From assembly GCA_022795155.1 (NCBI GenBank), contig JAAWGF010000003.1:13775-77774 (forward strand): 64,000 nucleotides of DNA, read 5' to 3'. How positions within the stretch are numbered: position 1 is the first letter of the stretch; each line of letters starts with the position of its first letter. This stretch comes from Bacilli bacterium (lineage in GTDB: Bacteria > Bacillota_I > Bacilli_A > RF39 > UBA660). This document shows, piece by piece, positions 40,749 to 51,006 of this stretch. Made by a program: the position numbers and the translations under genes. The notes beneath the pieces were generated by a model. It worked only from the letters and a program-made list of their open reading frames with translations. It had not been told where the DNA came from and did no database searches.

Positions 40749-42530
40749 TTATAAATTATTTAAGAATTCTAATAAATTTTTAGCTACTTTTTCAGGAAGT
40801 ATTTCTGATAATTCCTGTGTGCTAGCTTCTTTCATTTTAGTTAAATTATGATATTTTTTAAGCAATTCTTTCTTTCTTTTTTCGCCAATACCTTCAATAT
40901 TATCAAGTGTACTAGATAGACTCCCTTTGCTCCTTATCTGTTTATGATAATTAATCGTAAATTTATGAACTTCATCCTGCATTCGCTCTAAATAATAAAA
41001 TAAATTACTTTTCCTATCAATTGGTATTTCAACAATTGGATTATGTGCTAGTAGCGCATTAGTAGCATGATGATCATCCTTTTTTAATCCGACAATAGGA
41101 ATATTTAAACCAAGGGAAGTAATAACTTCTCTAGCAACATTAATTTGTCCTAGCCCACCATCGACAATAATTAAATCAGGTTTAGTTAGGTCATCTTTTA
41201 AAACACGGAAATATCTCCGATATATAGCTTCATGCATTGTCCCATAATCATCATTTTTATCTAAGGTTATTTTAAATTTTCGATAATCATTTTTACTAGG
41301 TTTACCATCAATGAAAACAACCATACCTGATACATTAAATGTTCCAAAAAGATGAGCATTATCAAAAAGTTCAATACGATCTAATTTACTTAAATTTAAA
41401 ATATTTTTAAGTTCTTCATTCGCACCAATTGTTTTTTCTTCATCTCTTTTAATAAGTTCGAATTTTTCTTCTAATAAAATTTTCGCATTATTATTAGCCA
41501 TTTCAACTAATTTATTTTTAACACCTTTTTGCGGTTTAATAATTTTTACATTTAAATATTCAAATAAAAGTTGTTCATCAACAACACTTGGTACAATAAT
41601 TTCTTTTGGCAGTATTATACCTTTATCATAAAATGTTGCTATATATCTATTTACTTCCGCTTCTAATTCATCAATTAAAGGCATAATTTTTGAGTGCTTT
41701 TCAACTATTTTCCCACCACGAATAAAAAATACTTGCATTGATAAATAGCCTTTATCGGTATAAAAGCCAAATATATCCGTATTAATATTGTCTTTTATTT
41801 CAACTTTTTGTTTTGTTAAAACTAGTTTTATATAATCAAGCATCTCTTTTAACTCTTTTGCTTTTTCATAATTCATATTTTCACTTTGAAGATACATCTC
41901 ATCCTCAATTTTCTTAGTTATAAAACTATGATCCCCATTTAAAAAATGGATTATTTCATTTTTTATTTGGTCAATTATTACTTTATCAATTTTATATTGA
42001 CAATACCCTAAACATTCATGAATATGGTAATATAAACATGGTTTTTTATCAAATGTTTTACATTTACGTAAAGGATACAACCTATTTAATAAGTTAACCG
42101 TATTTCTAGCGGCCGTAACATTAGGATATGGTCCATATAAATTGGTATTCTTTTTACGTTTGCGATTAATATTTCGAACAATTGATAACTTCGGTATATC
42201 TTCATTTATAAATTCAATATATGGATAACTTTTATCATCACGTAACAAAATATTATATTTTGGATCATATTTTTTAATTAAATTATTTTCTAAAATTAAA
42301 GACTCAATTTCTGATTCAACAACAATATATTCAAAATCGACAATCTCACTAACTAATTTAGCTGTTTTACCAGTATGAGTTCCTCTAAAATAAGAGCTTA
42401 GACGCCTTTTTAATCTTTTGGCCTTGCCAACATAAATAATCACCCCATCGCAATTTTTCATTTGGTAACAGCCAGGTTTCTCTGGCACTAAACTCAATTT
42501 TTGTTTTATTTTTTGATTTACATTATCCAT
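40749..42530 (-). CDS. uvrC: Excinuclease ABC subunit C
   Basis: 593 aa; N-terminal GIY-YIG (GCYQMKN...IIYVGKAKRLKRRLSSY), UvrBC-interaction region, RNase H-like endonuclease domain and C-terminal HhH. Confidence 0.96.
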   Translation of the reverse strand: MDNVNQKIKQKLSLVPEKPGCYQMKNCDGVIIYVGKAKRLKRRLSSYFRGTHTGKTAKLVSEIVDFEYIVVESEIESLILENNLIKKYDPKYNILLRDDKSYPYIEFINEDIPKLSIVRNINRKRKKNTNLYGPYPNVTAARNTVNLLNRLYPLRKCKTFDKKPCLYYHIHECLGYCQYKIDKVIIDQIKNEIIHFLNGDHSFITKKIEDEMYLQSENMNYEKAKELKEMLDYIKLVLTKQKVEIKDNINTDIFGFYTDKGYLSMQVFFIRGGKIVEKHSKIMPLIDELEAEVNRYIATFYDKGIILPKEIIVPSVVDEQLLFEYLNVKIIKPQKGVKNKLVEMANNNAKILLEEKFELIKRDEEKTIGANEELKNILNLSKLDRIELFDNAHLFGTFNVSGMVVFIDGKPSKNDYRKFKITLDKNDDYGTMHEAIYRRYFRVLKDDLTKPDLIIVDGGLGQINVAREVITSLGLNIPIVGLKKDDHHATNALLAHNPIVEIPIDRKSNLFYYLERMQDEVHKFTINYHKQIRSKGSLSSTLDNIEGIGEKRKKELLKKYHNLTKMKEASTQELSEILPEKVAKNLLEFLNNL

Positions 42531-42573
42531 TTAAATCACCAACTATTTTTATTATAACAAAAAGAAGGCTAAT

Positions 42574-42942
42574 TTAAGCCCCTTTTATGACAATTTTTTT
42601 AACTTTTACTTTTTTAGGTTGGCGTTTTTGATGCTTAATACAATAGTTATTTAAAATGGCCAGTGCTTGATTACGAGAAATAAATTCTTTATCTATATTA
42701 ACAAGTTTTATAATCATAACACGTGTTTCTCCATTTTGATATTTTCCTAAATTATCTTGATTAAAATAATTATATTTACCATCATTTAAAACATCAACAA
42801 AATCATATTTATCATTGTTTATTCTTCCTAGAATATAACTTTCTACCATAAAGAATTGCCCAATAGAATTATTAAAAATTTTGATTGCAAGAGCAATACA
42901 CAGTCCATTTGTTCCAATACTTTCTATATTTTCTATATTCAT
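42574..42942 (-). CDS. Hypothetical protein
   Basis: 122 aa; basic C-terminus; no recognisable family. Confidence 0.35.
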   Translation of the reverse strand: MNIENIESIGTNGLCIALAIKIFNNSIGQFFMVESYILGRINNDKYDFVDVLNDGKYNYFNQDNLGKYQNGETRVMIIKLVNIDKEFISRNQALAILNNYCIKHQKRQPKKVKVKKIVIKGA

Positions 42943-43110
42943 TATATTATTCCCCCATTTAAAATTGACGATATTATAACACCTAATTTAAATTATGTAA
43001 ATAATTTTTATCAGCAAACAGTTAAAAATTTTCGACAAAATATGATAAATAATTATTAGATGAAGTTTGAAAAAACATACTAAATCATATATAATTATAA
43101 CGGTGATTAA

Positions 43111-43704
43111 ATGAAAACGATTAAAAAAAATGTAACTAATGAAATTATCATAAATAAATCAAGATTTATTACTAAATTAATAAAGATTAATAATGAAGAA
43201 GAAGTAAGAGAAAAATTAGCTCTTTTAAAAAGAGAATACAAAGACGCTACTCATTATTGTTATGCCTATATTACTGGTAATATTAAAAGATTTAACGATG
43301 ATGGAGAACCTAGTGGAACAGCTGGTATGCCGATTTTAAATGTTTTAGAAAATAATAATTTAACGAATATTTTGGGGGTTGTCATTAGATATTTTGGTGG
43401 TATTAAACTAGGTGCTGGTGGTTTAGTTAGAGCTTATACGAAAGCTATAACAGAATGTTTAAATCATATTGAAATAGTTAATTTAACTAGTGGCATAAAT
43501 TTTAAAATTGAATTTACTTATGATTTTGTCAAAAAAATTGATAACATTTTAAAAAACCAAAAAATTACTTATAAAGAATATGATAACAATATTATTTATG
43601 AATGTAGTTTAACAAAAGATAATTTTCAAAAATTAAAAAAAGAATTAGAAACTAACTCTTTAACTTTAGAAATAATAGATGAAACATTAGTCGAGATTGA
43701 TTAA
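43111..43704 (+). CDS. yigZ: YigZ/IMPACT-family protein (UPF0029)
   Basis: 197 aa; KSRFI..., DDGEPSGTAGMPIL, VIRYFGGIKLGAGGLVRAY are hallmark IMPACT N-domain motifs. Confidence 0.85.
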   Translation: MKTIKKNVTNEIIINKSRFITKLIKINNEEEVREKLALLKREYKDATHYCYAYITGNIKRFNDDGEPSGTAGMPILNVLENNNLTNILGVVIRYFGGIKLGAGGLVRAYTKAITECLNHIEIVNLTSGINFKIEFTYDFVKKIDNILKNQKITYKEYDNNIIYECSLTKDNFQKLKKELETNSLTLEIIDETLVEID

Positions 43705-43712
43705 TGTTTTTT
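43590..43712 (+). repeat. Direct repeat copy 1 (the native 3' end of yigZ)
   Basis: About 120 bp, about 95% identical to 44427..44549 (same orientation); includes the yigZ stop codon. Confidence 0.85.
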
Positions 43713-43727
43713 GATTTATAATATACA

Positions 43728-44030
43728 TTACTTAAATAATTCACTGTGGCTTCCAGTTGCAAAAAGTAATAAAATTAACTTTTCATCTTCCATTTGATAA
43801 ACCAAAAGCCAATCAGGTTCAATATGACATTCATAACAATCTTTATAAATCTTATTATTTATAAGATTATGATTTTTATATTTAGAGTCTAATGCTTGAC
43901 CATTCGCTAATACTTTAAGAACATCTAAAAATTTATTTTCATCTTTGCCCTGTTTCAAGATTCTCTTGAAATCTTTTTTAAATTGGCTAGTAAATTTTAC
44001 TTCATATTTGGTATTTTGCAAATCAAGCAT
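43728..44030 (-). CDS. yafQ: Type II toxin, RelE/ParE superfamily (YafQ-like mRNA interferase)
   Basis: 100 aa; YKDCYECHIEPDWLLVYQMEDEKLILLLFATGSHSELFK matches the YafQ C-terminal signature (ECHIKPDWLLIY...RTGSHSDLF). Confidence 0.8.
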   Translation of the reverse strand: MLDLQNTKYEVKFTSQFKKDFKRILKQGKDENKFLDVLKVLANGQALDSKYKNHNLINNKIYKDCYECHIEPDWLLVYQMEDEKLILLLFATGSHSELFK

Positions 44031-44321
44031 TTACTTTTTTAAATCCTCAAGCATTTCATACATATTGTGGTAGCCTTTTGTTTTCATCTTTCCATTTAAT
44101 ATATTTTCACCATCCTGTAGTGCTTCCAATAAATTTTCACTGGGTTTCGGATTTTTAACTTCAAATGGCAAACCGTCTTTATATATCAATTGTTTAATAG
44201 CCATATTTACAAATGTACTCATATTAAGCCCTAGACTTTTCAAAATTCCATTGGCAACTTCTTTGTCATGATTATCTACTTGTACACTAATTGCACTTGT
44301 AAGTGTTTCCATATTATACAC
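44031..44321 (-). CDS. dinJ: Type II antitoxin, DinJ/RelB family
   Basis: 96 aa; LKSLGLNMSTFVNMAIKQLIYKDGLPFEV matches the DinJ ribbon-helix-helix family. Stop abuts the toxin start (TAATG-type coupling). A palindromic operator lies upstream. Confidence 0.75.
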   Translation of the reverse strand: MYNMETLTSAISVQVDNHDKEVANGILKSLGLNMSTFVNMAIKQLIYKDGLPFEVKNPKPSENLLEALQDGENILNGKMKTKGYHNMYEMLEDLKK

Positions 44322-44426
44322 CTCTTTTTCAATTTTATGTTATCATATAATATTGTATATTGTCAATATAATATTTTAATTATATTCAATAATATTATAT
44401 GCAGATCAAAAAAATATATTAGCGAA

Positions 44427-44549
44427 ATTATTTATAAATATAGTTTAACAAAAGATAATTTTAAAAAATTAAAAAAAGAATTAGAAACTAACTCTTTAAC
44501 TTTAGAAATAATAGATGAAATATTAATCGAAAGTGATTAATGTTTTTTA
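44427..44549 (+). repeat. Direct repeat copy 2 (duplicated yigZ 3' fragment, non-functional)
   Basis: Encodes ...YSLTKDNFKKLKKELETNSLTLEIIDEILIESD, a duplicate of the yigZ C-terminus, without the rest of the gene. The track ORF 44268..44540 is an artefact of this fragment. Confidence 0.85.
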
Positions 44550-44797
44550 CAATTTTGTAAAGATTTATTAGACTTTTTACTATCTTTCAAAAGTTCATCT
44601 AAATTCACATTTAAATTCCTATACAACTTAATAGCTTCTTTATGCATAATATATGGTCGTGGTGGTGAAACAACTGGTCTTATCTGACAAGTACCAATAT
44701 CTTCAACATTACAAACTGAACAATAATCATCATATAAAGTTTTTGCAAAAATATCTTGATAATATTTTTTATAATTTTTTTCTATAATTCGTGCCAA
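44537..44797 (-). CDS. Hypothetical small Cys-containing protein
   Basis: 86 aa; CSVCNVEDIGTC motif; convergent with the yigZ duplicate (stops overlap). Confidence 0.35.
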   Translation of the reverse strand: MARIIEKNYKKYYQDIFAKTLYDDYCSVCNVEDIGTCQIRPVVSPPRPYIMHKEAIKLYRNLNVNLDELLKDSKKSNKSLQNCKKH

Positions 44798-44970
44798 AGT
44801 AATAAGATGAGGCTCTCCAAATTTACTTACAGTTTCAATTACCCAAATACCATATCCACAATCAATATATCTACATCAACACATGGTCTTAAAGCAACAA
44901 TATAAATATTTTAGTTGATATTTTCCTATTAAATAAATTTTCAAACATATTTATCACCTATAGTTGTTTA

Positions 44971-45375
44971 CTATAAACTCTTTATTAAATCAATAATTTT
45001 AGGAACGAAGATAATAAGCCCAGAAATAGCAGCTGTAATAGCAAAAACAAAAACAGCGGCTGAAGCCGTATCTTTGGCGATTTTGGCTAAAGGATGAATT
45101 TTCGGACAAGTTAAATCAACAACTGCCTCTATGGCTGTATTAATTAGCTCAGTCGCAATAACTAGCCCACATAAAATAATACAAATAATCCATTCCATTA
45201 ACGATATTCTTAAAATTAGACCAAAAATAATAACAAAGCATAACATCGTAAGATGAATAAACATACTTTGTTCATATTTATAAGCATATTTTAATCCTTC
45301 AATTGAATAACCGAAACTTTTAAAAAATCTTTTTAAGCCCCTTTTTTTTTGTTCATCGCGTGATGCCGAATCCAT
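44971..45375 (-). CDS. dgkA: Diacylglycerol/undecaprenol kinase (DAGK_prokar family)
   Basis: 134 aa; three TM helices; N-terminal amphipathic segment; overlaps ybeY as in the yqf operon of Bacillus. Confidence 0.85.
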   Translation of the reverse strand: MDSASRDEQKKRGLKRFFKSFGYSIEGLKYAYKYEQSMFIHLTMLCFVIIFGLILRISLMEWIICIILCGLVIATELINTAIEAVVDLTCPKIHPLAKIAKDTASAAVFVFAITAAISGLIIFVPKIIDLIKSL

Positions 45376-45799
45376 TTAATATCTCCTCCTGTTTTGCAAA
45401 CATTACTTTTTCTTCTGCTTCTTCCATATGATCATAACCTAAAAGATGTAAAAAACCATGTATCATTAAAAAACAAATTTCACGTAAATTACTATGACCA
45501 TATTCTTTAGCTTGTTCATAAACTTTATCAATAGAAATATAAATATCACCCAAGACACGTAAATTACTTTGGATTAAATCTGCATTATCTTCTAACGCAA
45601 AACTAATAACATCAGTTGGTCGATCAATACCACGATATTCCTTATTTAACTTATGAATATAATTATTATCAACAATAATTATATTAAAAATAACATTTTT
45701 GATTTTTTCATATTCTATTGCATAATTAATTAAATTTCGCATTGTTTCAATATAATCTAAATCAATCTCTGTTTCATTTATTATTTCGACATTATTCAT
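45353..45799 (-). CDS. ybeY: rRNA maturation endoribonuclease YbeY
   Basis: 148 aa; zinc-binding HGFLHLLGYDH motif. Confidence 0.95.
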   Translation of the reverse strand: MNNVEIINETEIDLDYIETMRNLINYAIEYEKIKNVIFNIIIVDNNYIHKLNKEYRGIDRPTDVISFALEDNADLIQSNLRVLGDIYISIDKVYEQAKEYGHSNLREICFLMIHGFLHLLGYDHMEEAEEKVMFAKQEEILNGFGITR

Positions 45800-46413
45800 A
45801 AAATACCACCAATACTTATAAAGTTAAATAAATATAAAATTATCAAAATTATTATAACAATTACACAAAAATTTAAGAAAATTTGACTTTTAAAAAAATT
45901 AGGCAAATGATTTTTTATTTTATTCAAATAAATAAATATATAAAAACCTAGCATACCACCTAAAATATTAAGCATGATATCATCAATATCAAATACTCGT
46001 CCAATTAGCATTTGTGTTACTTCAATAGAAATTGATGTAATTAAACTTAATATTAGGCCAACATACCATTTTTCACTGCGAACATAATATCCAACAAAGA
46101 AGCCATATGGTAAAAACATTAGCATATTACCTAAAATATTTTTAATAAATAATTTACTACCAAATTCATAACGCATAATTTCTCTAAACGGTACAAAATT
46201 AGAAGTACTCCAATCAACATCTTGAAAAGTTACAACATAGAATAAAAACATAATATATAAAACAAAACCAAGTGTTAATAATTCTTTATATAAAATAAAT
46301 TTTATCTTGTTATGAATTAAATAAGTGACTCTTAATGAAGAAACAATAATTGTGAATAAAAATAATGTTGGCCACACATTAGATAATAGTTCGATAATTG
46401 TCCTTTGTAACAC
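45796..46413 (-). CDS. VanZ-like family membrane protein
   Basis: 205 aa; 4 to 5 TM helices; pattern FxPFxE...N..MFLPxG....E..Q...gRxFDIDD typical of VanZ-like. Confidence 0.6.
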   Translation of the reverse strand: MLQRTIIELLSNVWPTLFLFTIIVSSLRVTYLIHNKIKFILYKELLTLGFVLYIMFLFYVVTFQDVDWSTSNFVPFREIMRYEFGSKLFIKNILGNMLMFLPYGFFVGYYVRSEKWYVGLILSLITSISIEVTQMLIGRVFDIDDIMLNILGGMLGFYIFIYLNKIKNHLPNFFKSQIFLNFCVIVIIILIILYLFNFISIGGIL

Positions 46414-46417
46414 AACA

Positions 46418-47611
46418 TCACTCCTGTTCTTGTTCCTCCAAACTAATGTTATCTATAACTTGATAATCTGTTATATCTTCATAGACGGAAAAAAACATTT
46501 CTAATTCTATTTTACTCTCTTTTATATCAACTTTCAAATCTTTTGAAGAAATTATATATTCTTTGTCATTCAATTTACTTTCCATCGCTTTAATACTCTT
46601 TTCTCTAGCAATAGCGATGGCCTCATCAATCGTATATATTTTATCAATTTTTTCTACTTCTCGTTGGGTTTCATAAACAAAACCAATTGGTAAAAAGTTA
46701 TGACTCAATAATTTTTTTTCTTCAATTTCTTTATCCTTAAATTTATGGAAATTAAATAATTCAAAGCGATGATTCAAAAACTTAAATGTTAATACTTTTT
46801 TAGTATTTGATGTATAATTTGTTTCATTATAAACAAATGGTACTTCAACAGTACTTTTATACCATACTTCACCATAAACAGTTCCTTTAGCGGATACAAC
46901 GTTTTTCAATGTTTCATTTAAATAGACACTACCAGAGACAATAACATCTCCCGGTTTAACATAGTCATTAATATTTTTAACAACAACGCCATTTTCCGCT
47001 ATAATTGTTTTTATTACAGCTGCTTTCTTGGCAACAATATTTCTATTTTCTTCTTTTTCATTAGTACCTGGTATCTTCCTTTCTTCTACTCTAACAATAT
47101 ATTTAGTTCCACTACGCTCAATCTCAATCCATTCTAATTTATCTTTATATTTATTTAAAATTTCCTCTTTTATTTTTTCTACGTCCTTAAAGCTTTTAAT
47201 AAATCTCCTTTCAGTTATTCCGTACTTTTTTAATTCACTAATTAAAAGTTCTTGTATTTCTTTTTTATTATGAACAACTTCAACATCAAAAATAATATTT
47301 GTTAATAATAACAATAAAGCTATTCCTATAAACATAAAAATGAATAATATTTTATTTTTATTTAATATTTTTTTAATTTTAATAAAACCATAAATATTTA
47401 CTTCTTGTAGTTCATATGTTGTCTTAATTTTCTCTACTTTTTCTAAATCGCTTTTATAAATTCTTATTTCGACTTCTTTATAATTAATATTTTTCAAATC
47501 AAGTATCTCTATATTTTGTTTAACTAAACGATTAATAAAACGATTAATATTTTTGCCTTTAATATTTAATTTAATAGAACTTTTGAAGCTAGATAAAAAA
47601 GAATTCTTCAT
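46418..47611 (-). CDS. yqfD: Sporulation protein YqfD
   Basis: 397 aa; N-terminus MKNSFLSSFKSSIKLNIKGKNINRFINRL matches YqfD (MKNkwlsff.G.i.l...G..iERllN); single TM near residue 90. Confidence 0.8.
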   Translation of the reverse strand: MKNSFLSSFKSSIKLNIKGKNINRFINRLVKQNIEILDLKNINYKEVEIRIYKSDLEKVEKIKTTYELQEVNIYGFIKIKKILNKNKILFIFMFIGIALLLLLTNIIFDVEVVHNKKEIQELLISELKKYGITERRFIKSFKDVEKIKEEILNKYKDKLEWIEIERSGTKYIVRVEERKIPGTNEKEENRNIVAKKAAVIKTIIAENGVVVKNINDYVKPGDVIVSGSVYLNETLKNVVSAKGTVYGEVWYKSTVEVPFVYNETNYTSNTKKVLTFKFLNHRFELFNFHKFKDKEIEEKKLLSHNFLPIGFVYETQREVEKIDKIYTIDEAIAIAREKSIKAMESKLNDKEYIISSKDLKVDIKESKIELEMFFSVYEDITDYQVIDNISLEEQEQE

Positions 47612-47615
47612 ATAT

Positions 47616-47855
47616 TCACCTTAATTCTATTTTTTTTATTACTCCAGATATTAAAATTTCATCATTCAATAATTTTTTTAAAACTAATTTTTCACCAGTT
47701 ATTAATATATTTTTATCATCACTATTTACAGATATTTTATTATCATCAATAGTTCCTAAACTTGTATAATTAATAATGTTAATTTTATCATTATAGATAT
47801 TTATTACAAATTCATTGTTAACCATATATTCGCGAAAGTTATCAATTATTTTCAT
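47616..47855 (-). CDS. yqfC: Sporulation protein YqfC
   Basis: 79 aa; C-terminal ...LLNDEILISGVIKKIEL matches the YqfC family; immediately upstream of yqfD. Confidence 0.7.
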   Translation of the reverse strand: MKIIDNFREYMVNNEFVINIYNDKINIINYTSLGTIDDNKISVNSDDKNILITGEKLVLKKLLNDEILISGVIKKIELR

Positions 47856-47914
47856 AATACCACCTATATAATTTTATTATAATTTAGGTTCATTATGATT
47901 TAATCATAAAAAAA

Positions 47915-47950
47915 ATCAAACAAATTTATTCGTTTGACTTTCTTATTAAA
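47915..47950 (-). terminator. Rho-independent terminator (minus strand) between yihY-family gene and yqfC
   Basis: Minus strand TCAAAC-GAATAAATTT-GTTTGA followed by T8. Confidence 0.55.
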
Positions 47951-48075
47951 TAAAAAAGGAGAAAATTACCTATATCCATACTTCTTTAGTTCCAATTAAA
48001 CTAGGTTTAGTACGCTACAGTCTATATCTAAATACATACTGGTAACACATATGTATCTAATATTATTATAATTAG

Positions 48076-48912
48076 TTAATTTGTATCTATACTACCACTT
48101 TTTAACATTTCATAGGAATTACTATTAATGGCAATACCTAAAACTAAAATATATGATAAAAAATAGATATACATCATTAAAATAATAATGTTTGATAAAC
48201 TTCCATAAAAAATATCATATTTAGAAAAATGGGACACATAATAAGAATAAATAGCAGTTGTTAAAATCCATCCTAAAGTAGTAAAAATAGCGCCTTTATT
48301 TACATATTTACTAGGTACACTTTTATCTGGAGCGATGGTATATATAAGTTTAATACTAAAAAAGATAATGAAAAAAGCAATTGGCCATTTTAAATATACA
48401 AATAATGAATAAGCAAAATTAGAAACATTTTTTAAAACACCTATTTCAAAAATTGCTTTTAAAATAATATTCCCAAAAGCTAAAACAACAATGATAAATA
48501 TAAATAGAGTTACTAATAATATGGTTAAAATTATAGCTTTTATACGACGATTTAAATAACTTCCTTGTTCAAAATTATAAAGTGTGTTAGAAGTAACAAT
48601 AATTGAATGTGGACCGTTAGATGCTAAAATAAAGGCAGTGATTGTGAAAAATCCGACATTAAAATCAATTCCCTTTCCACTAATAAAAGTTGCTAAAAGC
48701 TCTGTTACCTGTGAAGGCAAATTTTCACCAATAAAATCCAGTACAACATCTAAAGAAAGCGAAAAAGTTGACGCTATTAAACCAATTAAAATGAAAATAG
48801 GAACTACAGATAACACAAGAAAAAAAGCTAAATTAGCGGGTAAAATAAGCATCTCTGGTTTACGAATTATACAGTACAACTTTTTTAAAATTGCTTTGAT
48901 TCTTTTAGCCAT
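48076..48912 (-). CDS. YihY/BrkB-family membrane protein
   Basis: 278 aa; six TM helices; N-terminal PANLAFFLVLSVVP motif of the family. Confidence 0.8.
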   Translation of the reverse strand: MAKRIKAILKKLYCIIRKPEMLILPANLAFFLVLSVVPIFILIGLIASTFSLSLDVVLDFIGENLPSQVTELLATFISGKGIDFNVGFFTITAFILASNGPHSIIVTSNTLYNFEQGSYLNRRIKAIILTILLVTLFIFIIVVLAFGNIILKAIFEIGVLKNVSNFAYSLFVYLKWPIAFFIIFFSIKLIYTIAPDKSVPSKYVNKGAIFTTLGWILTTAIYSYYVSHFSKYDIFYGSLSNIIILMMYIYFLSYILVLGIAINSNSYEMLKSGSIDTN

Positions 48913-48941
48913 TCTTTTTCTCCTTTTAAAAGAAGCAAATA

Positions 48942-50990
48942 TTAATTATTCGCTTCCTCTTTATTGTTTCGCATTTCTAGTGTCGCTTCGTTAATCGCAT
49001 CATCGATAGTTTTAATAGCATCATTAATCATACTATAACCTAAAGCTACACCAAAGCCATGAGCTAATTCTTTAAATTCTTTATTTAGTTTTCTTATATA
49101 AGAAATGATTTGCTTTTCTTCATAACCAACTAAATATATTAAGAATTCATTACCATTAGTTCTAATAATCTCAGAATTAGAGATTTGATTTTTAATCAAG
49201 ATATTTGCTGCTTCTTTAATTAAATTGTCCCCCTCATTATGACCATAATTGTCATTGATGTAAGCAACATTATTTAAATCAGCTATAACAATAGTTTGTG
49301 GATATACTTCACTATTATCCCATTTTTCAATATTATCATTTAAATAATTTCTGTTTTTTAAAGATGTTAACATGTCTATATAACGCAATTTATCTTCTTT
49401 ACTTAAATTATTAGAAGCTTTTTTATTTTTTGATAAATTTTTAATAAGAAGCAATGCTAAAACTAATAAGACAATAATTCCGCCAGTTGTTATTAATATG
49501 CGATAATTGAAATCACTTGTAACTTCTGTAGAAATAGAATTGTATTTACCATTAATTAGCTTTTTATCATTCATAAATGATAGATAATAATTAAGTAAAT
49601 TATAAAATATTTCATTATCGGAAATATCCCTAATAATATAATTATAATCATCATTAAGATTAAATATATATTTTAAATCACTATCTAAAAAATAGGTATT
49701 AAAATAATATTTATATGTAAGATAGTCAACAATAATTAAATCTGAAGAATCGATATTATTCATAATTTGATCAATATTTTTATGACCATTAACATCAAAC
49801 CCCTGACTATCTAAATAAGCAGCTATCTTAGTATCACTTATAACATTGATATCATGGTTTAATAAAGAATTAATTGAATTAATAACTAGGTCATTATCTT
49901 TATTTGATACAACAACAAATACTTCATCATAATTTGACGTTGTCGTAAATACATCCAATTCATAATCTTTATTAGCAACATTATTAAACATAAAGTCTAT
50001 CTTGTTTTCATTAAATGCATTAATTAAATCGCTATATGAATTAAAACGCTCAAAAGAAACTTCTGTGTTTGAAAATTTCATAAAGTCATTTATTATCTGG
50101 GTATTTATCCCATTCTCATCCATATCAAATGGAGCATTATTTACATATCCATAAGTATAACGTTTACTACGAAATTGAACTTTTTGTTTTTCGTCTATAT
50201 CATTAGCCGAAAAATATATATCAAGCAAATAATCATTAAAAGAATTATCAAAATTTTCTGTTGCCCATTTATTATAATATTTAATTAAAATATCATTTAA
50301 TCGATCATTATCACCTAATTTTAATACAACTTTTTTTGAAAATTCGGTAATATTATAACTAATATTATAATCTTTATAAGTTAAAATTTTATCCAAATAA
50401 ATAGTTTTAGGTAAAATAATGGCATCAACAAGAGGAACAATATTATTTTTAGGATCATTATTAATTGCCTCAAACAAACCATCAATATCTTCACTAGTCT
50501 TAAAAGTTGCATTAGCACCTTTTAAATAATAATCAATTTTTGAGACTTCCGAACTTAAAGTTCCAATAACCAAGTTATCAATATCTTTTAAATTTTCGTA
50601 TCTAACATTTTTATTAGTAAGAATAACATAGTTATCCTCATAAATTAAAATTTCGTCCTCTTCAATAGAATCAACAATATCAAAGCCATAATCAGATGTT
50701 GAATCAGCATCTAATTTAGTTGATATACGATTAAATTTTAACCCAGTGACCTCTTCCATATTATCTAAAAAGTCCAAAAAGATTCCCTTTCCTTCATAAC
50801 TAAACAATGGAACATCTGTAACAACTGAAAAATCAAAGCGCTGGTTTTTGTTACTCTCAATCCATTGTTTTTCAATGATATTTAAAGTTGTTGTTTGATC
50901 TTCTTTAGTTAAAAGGACATAAACTGATATTCCTGATATAATAACAACTATACTAGCAATAATGCCTATTAATAATTTATTTTTTTTCAT
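48942..50990 (-). CDS. Membrane sensor protein with large extracytoplasmic domain and degenerate C-terminal GGDEF domain
   Basis: 682 aa; TM1 near the N-terminus, roughly 470-aa ectodomain, TM2. The C-terminal domain aligns to diguanylate cyclases, but the signature reads RTNGNEFLIY (NGNEF instead of GGDEF/GGEEF). Confidence 0.65.
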   Translation of the reverse strand: MKKNKLLIGIIASIVVIISGISVYVLLTKEDQTTTLNIIEKQWIESNKNQRFDFSVVTDVPLFSYEGKGIFLDFLDNMEEVTGLKFNRISTKLDADSTSDYGFDIVDSIEEDEILIYEDNYVILTNKNVRYENLKDIDNLVIGTLSSEVSKIDYYLKGANATFKTSEDIDGLFEAINNDPKNNIVPLVDAIILPKTIYLDKILTYKDYNISYNITEFSKKVVLKLGDNDRLNDILIKYYNKWATENFDNSFNDYLLDIYFSANDIDEKQKVQFRSKRYTYGYVNNAPFDMDENGINTQIINDFMKFSNTEVSFERFNSYSDLINAFNENKIDFMFNNVANKDYELDVFTTTSNYDEVFVVVSNKDNDLVINSINSLLNHDINVISDTKIAAYLDSQGFDVNGHKNIDQIMNNIDSSDLIIVDYLTYKYYFNTYFLDSDLKYIFNLNDDYNYIIRDISDNEIFYNLLNYYLSFMNDKKLINGKYNSISTEVTSDFNYRILITTGGIIVLLVLALLLIKNLSKNKKASNNLSKEDKLRYIDMLTSLKNRNYLNDNIEKWDNSEVYPQTIVIADLNNVAYINDNYGHNEGDNLIKEAANILIKNQISNSEIIRTNGNEFLIYLVGYEEKQIISYIRKLNKEFKELAHGFGVALGYSMINDAIKTIDDAINEATLEMRNNKEEANN

Positions 50991-51006
50991 TTCTTACACC
51001 TAACTT

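Noticed and set aside
44268-44540. 90-aa plus-strand ORF as a gene
   Set aside because: 5' half is antisense to the antitoxin gene and low complexity; 3' half is merely the duplicated yigZ tail. Annotated as a repeat instead.
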